A stretch of DNA of 64,000 nucleotides. Source: an uncultured Actinomycetes bacterium. Its GTDB lineage: Bacteria; Actinomycetota; Thermoleophilia; UBA2241. The stretch covers positions 96,001 to 160,000 of the forward strand of contig CAVYCN010000003.1 of the NCBI GenBank assembly GCA_963767005.1, written 5' to 3'. The notes beneath the pieces were generated by a model that searched no databases, had not been told where the DNA came from, and saw only the letters and a program-made list of their open reading frames with translations. Position numbers and translations under genes: made by a program. Below are positions 53,907 to 62,521 of the stretch, piece after piece. The number at the start of each line of letters is the position of its first letter. Position 1 is the stretch's first letter.

Positions 53907-54194
53907 CTAGCTCATGCGATACTGCACCCCGAAGCCACCCCTCGGGTAGGTCCACGACAGCGCCTGCGGCTCGCAGCAGATCAGGCAGGTGCCGCACTCG
54001 AGGCAGCCCTCCCAGTTGACGGTCATGTCGCCCTGATCGCTGCGCTCGTACAGATCGGCCGGGCACACCTGCAGGCAGGCGCGACGCACGCAGACCGTGC
54101 GGCACTTCTCGACGTCGATCACGATGTGCGGTTCCTGGTCGAGCTTGAAGACGTCGAGGCCGAGCTTGGCGTCGACCTTGCCGGGTTCGCTCAT
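53907..54194 (-). CDS. fixX: Ferredoxin-like FixX
   Basis: CLQVCPA, GCLECGTC, WTYPRGGFGV. Confidence 0.92.
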   Translation of the reverse strand: MSEPGKVDAKLGLDVFKLDQEPHIVIDVEKCRTVCVRRACLQVCPADLYERSDQGDMTVNWEGCLECGTCLICCEPQALSWTYPRGGFGVQYRMS

Positions 54195-54206
54195 GACGGC
54201 ATCACC

Positions 54207-55496
54207 TCACACCTTGCGCAGCGACCACAGGTCTTTGAGCGTCGCCAGTTTGAGGAACTCGCGGCGGGCCCCGCGCAGGCCGGTGCTCACCAGCCGCTCG
54301 CCGCCCTCGTCGCCGATCGCGAAGACGTCCTCGAGCAGACGCGCCACGGCGCCGGGGTACTCACTGAACAGTCGGCGGTTCTCGATCGCCTGCGGCACCG
54401 CGCGACCGGCCTCCATCGCGCGCATGACGAAGGTCTCGCGCAGGTAGCGGTCGTAGCAGGCGAGCGAGCTCCCCGAGAAGGAGCCAGCCGCACGCGCCGC
54501 CAGGGCCGCCTGCGCCGCCGCCCAGCCGCTCGCCACGGCGAGGTCCATGCCGCGCACGGTGACGAGGGCGTTCAGGGCAAAACCGGCCGTCTCGCCGGCC
54601 AGCAGGTAGCCGTCGCCCCAGGGCCGCGGCAGATGGTCGTAGCCACCCTCGAACACCGCGTGCGCCGAGTACTCGGCAAGCTCGCCGCCGCGCAGGAGCG
54701 GCTTGACCTGGGCCGCCTCCTTGAAGGCGTCGAGCAGCTGCCACGACTCGAGGCCGTCGGTGCGCTCGCGCAGCTGCGCCATGCTCACCACGACGCCGAG
54801 GGCGATCGACTCGCAGTTGGTGTACAGAAAACCGCCGCCGGTCATGCCGCGCGTGACCTCGCCCATGAAGAGCTGGGCCGCGCCCTCGCCCTCAGCCAAA
54901 TTCCAGCGGTCCTCGATCACGCCGGCCGGCAGCTCGATGATCTCCTTGAAGCCGACGGCGTGGTCGGCGGCGCGGGGCTGCTCGCGCAGCCCCGCGCCGC
55001 CGGACAGCAGGCCGAGCACACCCTCGGCCACGATCGTGACGTCGGCGCCGACCTCGTCGTCGCCGGCCCGGACGCCGATCACGCGGTCGCCGTCGCGCAG
55101 CAGCTCGTCGGCCTTCATGTCGGTGACGACCATCGCGCCGGCGGCCGTGACCTTGTCGGCCAGCCACTGGTCGAACCGCGCGCGCTGCACCGTGTACGAC
55201 AGCGGCGTCGGCGTGAGGAACTTCTCGGAGGCGAGCTCGATGGTCGTCGCCGCGCCGTCGGCCAGCAGCGTCACGAGCTCACGCGCGACGGGCCGCTCGT
55301 AGGGCGCGTCGTCCCAAAGCTCGGGGTAGAGGCGGCGCAGAGGCCGCACGTAGAGCCGGCCGCCGGTGACGTTCTTGGCGCCGGCGTAGTTGCCGCGCTC
55401 GAGCACCATCACCTCGACGCCCTGCGTGGCAAGCCCGTAGGCGGCGGCCAGGCCGGCCGGACCGCCGCCGACCACGATGCACTCGACCTTCTCCAT
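54207..55496 (-). CDS. fixC: FixC-like ETF:quinone oxidoreductase flavoprotein
   Basis: VGGGPAG, ERGNYAGAKNVTGG, GGGFLYTN, RGMDLA. Confidence 0.92.
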   Translation of the reverse strand: MEKVECIVVGGGPAGLAAAYGLATQGVEVMVLERGNYAGAKNVTGGRLYVRPLRRLYPELWDDAPYERPVARELVTLLADGAATTIELASEKFLTPTPLSYTVQRARFDQWLADKVTAAGAMVVTDMKADELLRDGDRVIGVRAGDDEVGADVTIVAEGVLGLLSGGAGLREQPRAADHAVGFKEIIELPAGVIEDRWNLAEGEGAAQLFMGEVTRGMTGGGFLYTNCESIALGVVVSMAQLRERTDGLESWQLLDAFKEAAQVKPLLRGGELAEYSAHAVFEGGYDHLPRPWGDGYLLAGETAGFALNALVTVRGMDLAVASGWAAAQAALAARAAGSFSGSSLACYDRYLRETFVMRAMEAGRAVPQAIENRRLFSEYPGAVARLLEDVFAIGDEGGERLVSTGLRGARREFLKLATLKDLWSLRKV

Positions 55497-55599
55497 GTCA
55501 GCCCTCCCTCAGGCGAAGCGGGCTACCGCGCCGGGGCGCCGGCGGGCGGGGCGCGCCGCACACGCGCCCGCCCGCCGTTCCGGCCGGCGACCGGACTGG

Positions 55600-55708
55600 C
55601 CGCGCCTCGCGGCGCGCCTAGTCCCGCGATCGACTTCGTCGTCGCGGCTCAGGCTAGCGTGACTTCGTCGCGCGCTCAATGCGCGCGACTCCGCGGCGCG
55701 CCTAGTCC
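55600..55708 (-). repeat. Diverged copy of the 50-kb repeat family, starting at the acyl-CoA dehydrogenase stop
   Basis: Minus strand reads gactaggcgcgc...gcgcgcgacgaagtcacgctagcctgagccgcgacgacgaagtcgatcgcgggactaggcgcgc. Confidence 0.75.
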
Positions 55709-56934
55709 TTGAACGGGTTGTGCGTCTCGCCCCACTCGTCGCGGGCGATGATGCCGCGCATGATCATGAGGCCGCCCTCGGCGCCGACCTCGTAGCTCAT
55801 GACGCCGCGGAGCAGCATCTCGAGGGGGGTCTCCTTCGTGTAGCCGAAGGCGCCGTGGTACATCATGCCGTGCCGCGCGATGTCGTGGCAGAGGGCCGGC
55901 GACAGGCACTTGCAGGTGCTGATGATCTTGTTGATCTCGCGCCGGTCGAACGTGCCCGGATTGGCGTGCTCCTGGCCGATCATCCAGGCGCCGCGCAGCA
56001 GGTTCAGCTTGAGCATGTCGAGCTGCATCCAGTCGTCGGCCATCTCGAACGAGATGCCCTCCCACTTGCCGAGCGGCTTGCCGAAAGTGCTGCGCTGCGC
56101 GGTGTACTCGCCGCTGATCTCGAGCCCCCGCTCGGCGCCGCCCAGGCAGGCGGCCGCCACGAGCACGCGGGCGGCGTTGAAGCCGTCCATGTTCACGTAG
56201 AAGCCCTTGCCCTCTTCGCCGAGGACGTACTTGCGGGGCAGCTCGACGTCCTTGTAGATCCAGCCGCCCGTCGACAGGCCCATGCGGCCCATGTCCTTGT
56301 AGGTGGTGTAGGTGATGCCGGGCAGGTGGGCGGGCACCCAGATGAAGGTCATGCCCTTGTGGCCCTGGTTCGGGTCGGTCTTGACCAGGGTGCAGTGGCC
56401 GCTCGGCGGACCCCACTTCGCGCACTCCTTGGGGCCGGAGACGTAGGCCTTCTCGCCGTTCATGACGAAGGCCTGCTTCTCTTCGTTCCAGGGGGCGATC
56501 GTCTTGATGGCGGACAGGTCGGAGCCGCCGCCCGGCTCGGTCGTGTTGATGCCGGCGAAGGCCTTGCCGGCGGCCACGGCCGGCAGGACCTCCTGCTTGA
56601 GCTCCTCGGTGCCGTAGCGGTTGATCATGTACGACCAGCCGATGGTGAGCAGCGTGTAGACCGGGGTGCTCATCGACAGGTCGGCGCGGGCGATCTCGTG
56701 CACCGTGATCATCGCGTAGATCAGGCGCTCGTCGTCGGGCAGCGGCATGCCGCCGTACTCCTCGGGAATCGTCACACCGAAGATGCCGAGCTCGGCCATG
56801 CCGGCCGTGATGTCGTCGGGGATGCCGTCCTCGGCCTCGTCGATCGCGCGGGCGCGCGGCTCGAGGTTCTTGGCCAGCCACTCGCGGATGGCCTGGCGGT
56901 AGAGGTTCTGCTCGGTCGTGTACCTGAAGTCCAT
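55702..56934 (-). CDS. Acyl-CoA dehydrogenase family protein
   Basis: IPEEYGG, TEPGGGSD, NGEKAYVS, RSTFGKPL, HGAFGY, GAEGG. GAGGAG SD before ATG 56934. Confidence 0.92.
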   Translation of the reverse strand: MDFRYTTEQNLYRQAIREWLAKNLEPRARAIDEAEDGIPDDITAGMAELGIFGVTIPEEYGGMPLPDDERLIYAMITVHEIARADLSMSTPVYTLLTIGWSYMINRYGTEELKQEVLPAVAAGKAFAGINTTEPGGGSDLSAIKTIAPWNEEKQAFVMNGEKAYVSGPKECAKWGPPSGHCTLVKTDPNQGHKGMTFIWVPAHLPGITYTTYKDMGRMGLSTGGWIYKDVELPRKYVLGEEGKGFYVNMDGFNAARVLVAAACLGGAERGLEISGEYTAQRSTFGKPLGKWEGISFEMADDWMQLDMLKLNLLRGAWMIGQEHANPGTFDRREINKIISTCKCLSPALCHDIARHGMMYHGAFGYTKETPLEMLLRGVMSYEVGAEGGLMIMRGIIARDEWGETHNPFKD

Positions 56935-57178
56935 CGGCTCCTCCTCGTGCGACCGCCGGCCGGCCGCGTCGTCGCTTGTCCCCTCGCGTACCGGCGTCTC
57001 CCTCAAGAACGAGAAACGCCCCCAGGGGTGCGCCTGTGGCGCGCTCGCTGGGGGCTCATGGCCGTGGCGACCGCGGCCGAAGGACCGCCGTCGAGCCATG
57101 CGTGCAGCTCGCGCCAATCATATAGGGGCCGCTCCGGCCGCGACAACCGGCCAGGCCGTCCAAGCCTGCGTCCGACGC

Positions 57179-57520
57179 TTATGCGTCGCGGCCCTTGGCG
57201 CGAAACGGCGCCGACAGGTCGACCGCCTCGAACACCTGGTGCAGGGCGAACAGCAGCGCGGCCTGCGAGTGGCCCAGGTAGAACTCGCGCACCGTGGCCT
57301 CGATCTCGCGGCGCTCGCAGACCACGGAGCGGCCGATCAGCAGGCGCGCGAAGAAGTCGCGGGCGAGGTCCATGAGCAGGGTGCTCGAGCAGGCGGTGAC
57401 GACGCCCTGCTCGTCGACCTCGACCACGATGCCGACGCGACGGTGGAGGTTCTGGTGCGACACGTCCTGCGGCAGGCGGGCGTAGCCCGAGAAGAGGTAG
57501 CTCTTCACGTCGTTCGTCAC
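57179..57520 (-). CDS. Small conserved protein, DUF3870-like
   Basis: SGYARLP, CSSTL, YLGHSQAAL pattern. GGAGG overlaps the GTG start. Confidence 0.6.
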   Translation of the reverse strand: MTNDVKSYLFSGYARLPQDVSHQNLHRRVGIVVEVDEQGVVTACSSTLLMDLARDFFARLLIGRSVVCERREIEATVREFYLGHSQAALLFALHQVFEAVDLSAPFRAKGRDA

Positions 57521-57825
57521 CTCCGGCGACGGCCTCGTTTCGGTCGCGACGCCGACAGTCTACCGCGTCGCGTCACCCATCGGGCCAGTACTGCGCGCGC
57601 GGCTTGGCAGGGCCGTCCGCTGATGCGGCCTTGCGCCGCCGGGGCGAGGCGGTAGGATGACGGCGCTGCATCCGCGACCTGCGACCGTCCGACAGCCGGT
57701 CGCGCCGGCCGTGGGCCCCCAGCAGGTGCGTACGGCCGCCTGGGGGCTTTTCGCGTTCGGAGGCCGTTCCCGCGCCTTCACAAGGGCAAGCTCAAGCGGC
57801 AGGCGACACGACAAGGAGGGCGGTC

Positions 57826-58818
57826 GTGACCCCATCGTCCGGCGCCGGCGGCGCTCCGACCGGGGCCAGGTTCATGAGCCTCGGCGAGGCCGTCGCGCGC
57901 TTCGTGCCCGACGGCGCGGTGGTCGCCCTCGGCGGTTTTACCATCAACCGCAACCCGATGGCCTTCGTCTACGAGATGGCGCGCCGCGGCGTGCGCGACC
58001 TGCACCTCGTGGCGCACTCCAACGGCCAGGCGCTCGACACGCTCGTCGGCTGCGGCTGCGTGAGCCGCATCGAGGTCGCCTACGGCGGCAACGGCCGCTT
58101 CGCCCCCACCTGCGTGCGCTTCCGCCGCGCGGTCGAGCGCGGCGAAGTCGCGGTCGAGGACTACTCGAACTACCAGATGGCCCTGCGTTTTCTGGCCGGC
58201 GCTCTCAACGTGCCGTTCATCCCGACCAAGTCGGGGCTGCACACCGACCTCGTCGCGCGCCAGGGCTTCGGCGCCGACTACCGGGCGGCCCAGGGCCTGC
58301 CCGACAAGAAGCTCGTCGTCATGCCCGACCCCTTCGACGGCGACGGCGACGACGTCGTCCTGCTGCCGGCGCTCAAGCCCGACCTCGCCGTCGTCCACGC
58401 CCAGACCGTGGCCGACGACGGCACGGTGCGCATCAAGGGGCTCACCTTCGCCGATCTCGAGCAGGCCAAGGCGGCCCGCGCCGTGGTCGTCACCTGCGAG
58501 GAGATCGTGCCGGCCGCCGACCTGCGGCTCGACCCCGACCAGAACGCCCTGCCGCCGTTCCTGGTCGATGCCGTCGTGCTCGCGCCCCACGGCGCCCACC
58601 CGACCGCCTGCCGCTACTTCTACGACTACGACCCGACGTTCCTGAACGACTACCGCCGGGCCGCCCACGACGACGACGCCTGGGCGGCCTTCGTCGACGA
58701 GTGGATCCGCGGCCCCGCCGGCCACGAGGCCTACGTAGCCAAGCTGGGCGCCGAGCGCCTGGCGAAGATCAAGGCCGACCCGATGCGCGGCTACGCCATC
58801 GGGCTGGACAGGCGGTGA
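57826..58818 (+). CDS. Family I CoA-transferase subunit A (glutaconate CoA-transferase GctA-like)
   Basis: GGFTINRNPMA, EDYSNY, PDLAVVHAQ, GAHPTAC..YDYD. Confidence 0.88.
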   Translation: MTPSSGAGGAPTGARFMSLGEAVARFVPDGAVVALGGFTINRNPMAFVYEMARRGVRDLHLVAHSNGQALDTLVGCGCVSRIEVAYGGNGRFAPTCVRFRRAVERGEVAVEDYSNYQMALRFLAGALNVPFIPTKSGLHTDLVARQGFGADYRAAQGLPDKKLVVMPDPFDGDGDDVVLLPALKPDLAVVHAQTVADDGTVRIKGLTFADLEQAKAARAVVVTCEEIVPAADLRLDPDQNALPPFLVDAVVLAPHGAHPTACRYFYDYDPTFLNDYRRAAHDDDAWAAFVDEWIRGPAGHEAYVAKLGAERLAKIKADPMRGYAIGLDRR

Positions 58819-58822
58819 GACG

Positions 58823-59620
58823 ATGAGCGCGAGCCACCCGAGCACGCAGGCAACGGGCATCCCGCCCTTCACCTCGCGCGAGATGATGGCGATCGCGGCC
58901 GGCCGTTTCGTGCGCGACGGCGACATCCTGTTCGCCGGCACCGGTGTGGCGCTGCTGGCCGCCGGCTGCGCCAAGCGCGTGCACGCGCCCGGCGCCGTGG
59001 TGTTCGTCGAGACCGGCGGCATCGACCCCACGCTCGACGAGATCCCCATGGCGGTCGCCGACCCGCGCGTCATGGACGGCACCTGCATCAACGCCGGCAT
59101 CATCGAAGCCTTCTCGTACATCGCCAACCCGCGGCTGCACACGATCGCCTTTTTGGGCGCCGCCCAGATCGACCGCTACGGCAACCTGAACTCGACCTGT
59201 ATCGGCGACTACGACCACCCCACGGTGCGCTTCTCGGGCAGCGGCGGCGCCTGCGACGCCGCCTCGCTGGCCTCGGCCTTCATCGTGTTCATGCAGCACG
59301 GCCGGCGCAAGTTCGTGGAGCGCCTCGACTACCGCACGAGCCCCGGCTGGCTCGAGGGCGGCGAGCGGCGCCACGAGGCCGGCTTCGCCCGCGGCGGTCC
59401 GCTCGCGGTGGTCACCGACCTCTGCGTGCTGCGCTTCGACGAGACGACCCACGAGATGTACCTGGCCGAGCGCTACCCCGGCGTGACCGACGAGCAGGTC
59501 CAGGACAACACGGGCTTCCCCCTCGACGTGTCGCGCGCGGTCGACGCCGTGCCGCCGAGCGCCGAGGAGCTGCGCATATTGCGCGACGAGGTCGACCCGC
59601 AGCGCCTGATCCTGGGGTAG
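58823..59620 (+). CDS. Family I CoA-transferase subunit B (GctB-like)
   Basis: FAGTG, FVETG (catalytic Glu), AQIDRYGNLNST, GSGGA, VTDLCV, QDNTGF. Confidence 0.88.
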   Translation: MSASHPSTQATGIPPFTSREMMAIAAGRFVRDGDILFAGTGVALLAAGCAKRVHAPGAVVFVETGGIDPTLDEIPMAVADPRVMDGTCINAGIIEAFSYIANPRLHTIAFLGAAQIDRYGNLNSTCIGDYDHPTVRFSGSGGACDAASLASAFIVFMQHGRRKFVERLDYRTSPGWLEGGERRHEAGFARGGPLAVVTDLCVLRFDETTHEMYLAERYPGVTDEQVQDNTGFPLDVSRAVDAVPPSAEELRILRDEVDPQRLILG

Positions 59621-59722
59621 AGGTCCTCGGCTCAGCCTCGGGTTCCCACCCCCTGCTCTTGGCAAAGGCATCCCGAAGCATCGCCGATGCGCCCGACCCG
59701 TATACAGCGCCGGCAACACCCA

Positions 59723-60058
59723 TCAGTGCAGGAGGCTCGGCAGCACGAAGAAGCCGAGAAGAAACGTGACGGAAGCGGAGAGAACGACCACGCCCGCCAG
59801 GAGGGCGACTGCGCCCGCGATGAGTGGACCTCGCCGTCCAGCCGCTCGTCTCAGGATGGCGGCGGCCACGAGCAATCCGGCGGCCTGCATGGCAAATGCC
59901 GTGGCGAACGCCAGATACCCGGGGACCAATCGGCCGACCGGATAGGCCCAAAGCCCGACGAAAGCCGGGAGGCTCAGTAGCGAGCATGCCAGGCTGACCG
60001 CACATGCCCGTCCGACCGCTTGCGGGCGCGGCGCTGCGACAGGCATCGCACCCCTCAA
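59723..60058 (-). CDS. Small hypothetical membrane protein
   Basis: Three hydrophobic segments. No recognisable family. Start uncertain. Confidence 0.35.
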   Translation of the reverse strand: MRGAMPVAAPRPQAVGRACAVSLACSLLSLPAFVGLWAYPVGRLVPGYLAFATAFAMQAAGLLVAAAILRRAAGRRGPLIAGAVALLAGVVVLSASVTFLLGFFVLPSLLH

Positions 60059-60129
60059 GCTTCAGCCCTTCCTTGGAGCAGCCGGCGGCGAGTTCGAGGC
60101 GGCCGAGCCCATGTAGGCCGTCGCCACGG

Positions 60130-60861
60130 TCAGACTGGCCCCGGCGGCCCGCCCGGGTCGACGCCGGCCCGCCGAAAGGCGCGGTCGCGCAGCTCGCGCA
60201 CCACGCCCTCCCAGTAGTCGAACACGGCGTCGACGTCGAAATCGGGGTCGGCCGCGATCTGCTCGGCGAGGCCGTCGCAGACTGCGACGGTGATCGCGCA
60301 CAGCGGGTCGAGCTCGCGCTTGAGACGAGCGTCGACGTCGGGCGCGAGCGCCCACTCGTCGAGATCGCGGTACCAGCGGTACAGCTCAGCCATGCGCGTG
60401 CGCAGCTCGTCGTCGCGGATGAGCTGCGGGAACAGGTCCCAGAAACGCCGGTAGCCCACCTGCGCCTTGGTGCTGTGGCGATGCATGGCGAGCAGCATCT
60501 CGACGCGGTCGGCGCCGGCCACCTCGGGCTGGCGCAGCGCCCGCAGCAGCGCCATGTTGTCGTCGTGCACGACCGAGTCGGCAAGCGCCTCGACCAGGCC
60601 GGCCTTGTTGCCGAAGTGGTAGCGGATGCTCGCCTTGTTCTCGTGCGCCTCGGCGGCGATCGCCTCGAAGGTGAGGCCGCCGAAGCCGCGCTCGTCGAGC
60701 AGGCGCTTGCTGGCTTCGAGGATGCGCTGCGCGGTGGGCGACAGGTCGGCGGCCGGGTCGGCGCCGGCCGCCGGCCGGCCGCCCACCTCCCAGCGCCGCT
60801 TCGGCGGCGTCGCTCCGCTGTCGTCGGGCCGCCCAGCGGCGGCCTTGCGCTCCCGCGCCAT
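60130..60861 (-). CDS. TetR-family regulator, divergent from mtbB
   Basis: RILEASKRLL, LTFEAIA, SIRYHFGNKAGL. ATG at 60861. Confidence 0.9.
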   Translation of the reverse strand: MARERKAAAGRPDDSGATPPKRRWEVGGRPAAGADPAADLSPTAQRILEASKRLLDERGFGGLTFEAIAAEAHENKASIRYHFGNKAGLVEALADSVVHDDNMALLRALRQPEVAGADRVEMLLAMHRHSTKAQVGYRRFWDLFPQLIRDDELRTRMAELYRWYRDLDEWALAPDVDARLKRELDPLCAITVAVCDGLAEQIAADPDFDVDAVFDYWEGVVRELRDRAFRRAGVDPGGPPGPV

Positions 60862-60966
60862 CTCCAGCCTCCCGGTCAGTGCCGCAGTATACGACAGCGC
60901 GACGCCACGCACGCCGGCCCCGGCGGTGCGACCGGCGCGGGCCGTGTGCGCGGCGCCGCACCGTGC

Positions 60967-61023
60967 TTGACAGGCCGAACCGTCGCGGGCGAGACTACCA
61001 CAAGTCATTCATCCGACTGACTT
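60967..61023 (+). promoter_or_regulatory. mtbB promoter and candidate TetR operator
   Basis: TTGACA at 60967, weak -10 GAGACT at 60991, inverted repeat aagtca-N10-tgactt at 61002-61023. Confidence 0.55.
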
Positions 61024-61081
61024 AAAGGGCTCGCGCGGCGCGCTGCGCGGGAGCTCTGACGACACCGGCCGGGAGGGGCAG

Positions 61082-62521
61082 ATGGAGCAGAGCATCATCA
61101 CGCGACTGGCCGACGGATCGCTCGTGCGCATGACGCCGAGCGAGATCCACGCCGACCTCGAAGAGGGCAGCGCCGCCGGCGCCAAGAAGGCCAAGGCACC
61201 CCCGCTCGAACCCGACGAGCTCGACCGCCTGCTCGAGATCTTCGCCTCGAACGCCCACTTCACGGCGGTCGACATCGGCGACGAGCTCATCCTGTCGTGC
61301 GACGGCTCGGGCAACATGGACTCCGGCACGCGCATCGACGAGCTCTACAGCTACCAGAGCCACCGCGGCGCCGACATCGTCGAGCTGTACCACATCGACT
61401 ACTCGTACAAGGCCGTCAAGACGGTCATGTCGTTCGAGCAGCAGGTGATGAAGAACGCCCAGCTCAACCTGGTGGCGCCGCTGCAGTACGGGGCGATGCC
61501 CGACCTGGGCCGCTACTCGCAGCCCGACGGGCCCATTCCCAACTGGTCGGAGCTGCTGCCCCTGGGGCGCATCGACGAAGCGCGCGCCGCCCAGGAGGAG
61601 GCAGTCGAGCACGCCGTACGCGACATGGTCTTCGTCGCCGAGGGCATGATCGAGGCCGGCGCCGACGGCATGGACTTCGACACCTCGGGCGCCGCCGGCG
61701 ACGCCGACTTCCTCGCCACGCTGCTCGCCGTCGAGGAGATCAGGCGGCGCCATCCCGATATCGGCATCGAGCTCGGCATGGCGAGCGAGTTCGTGCTCGG
61801 CATGCACGGCGAGCTCGAGTTCCACGGCAAGCGCCTCGCCGGCCTGTGGCCGCGCGACCAGGTCGCCGTGGCGGCCGAGGCGGGCGCGACCATGTTCGGG
61901 CCGGCGGTCAACGTCAACACGACACGCTCCGTGGCCTGGAACGTGGCGCGCGCCCTGGCGATCGTCAAGCCCTGCGTGCAGGAGTCGCCCATCCCGGTGC
62001 ACATGAACGCCGGCATGGGCGTGGGCGGCGTGCCGATGACCGCATACCCGCCGACCGACGCCGTGTCGCGCATGGCGCGCGCGATGCGCGAGGTCGGCCG
62101 CCTGGACGGCTTATAGGTGGGTGTGGGTGACCCGCTCGGCATGGCGTGCAGCCATGCGCTCGCCGCGGGCATGGGCGGAATGCGGACCGCCGGAGACCTG
62201 GTGGCCCGCATGCAGATGACCCGCGGCATGCGACTCGAGCAGGCCAAGACCTACGTCGCCGAACGGCTCGGCGTGAGCGTCCTCGACCTCTGCGACCCGC
62301 TCGTCATGCACGACGTGCGGCGCGAGCTCGGCCTGGGGCTGATCCCCGTGCAGGAGCTCACCTACCCGAGCGAGCCCGGCTCGATCGAGGCCAAGTTCCA
62401 CATCGCCGAGGTGCTCGACGTGCCCATCAACTGCGTGCGGCAGTTCAAGAATCGCGTCGCCCCGCGCTCGCGCGCGCGGCAGGTCGGCGCGACGGCGACC
62501 AGACCGGAGGTGCCCGCGTGA
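61082..62521 (+). CDS. mtbB: Dimethylamine:corrinoid methyltransferase with pyrrolysine (TAG 62114-62116, codon 345 of 479 aa)
   Basis: Two ORF-track pieces are joined in frame across one TAG: LDGL-*-VGVGDPLGM...RTAGDLVARMQM, matching the MtbB DGI-Pyl-IGVGDPLGM site. Also YGAMPDLG, FDTSGAAGDADF, GMGVGGVPM. Confidence 0.93.

Noticed and set aside
52071-54194. Pyl readthrough fusing TAG-ended fixX, fixA and fixB
   Set aside because: Each protein is complete at its TAG, and fixB starts out of frame with fixA.
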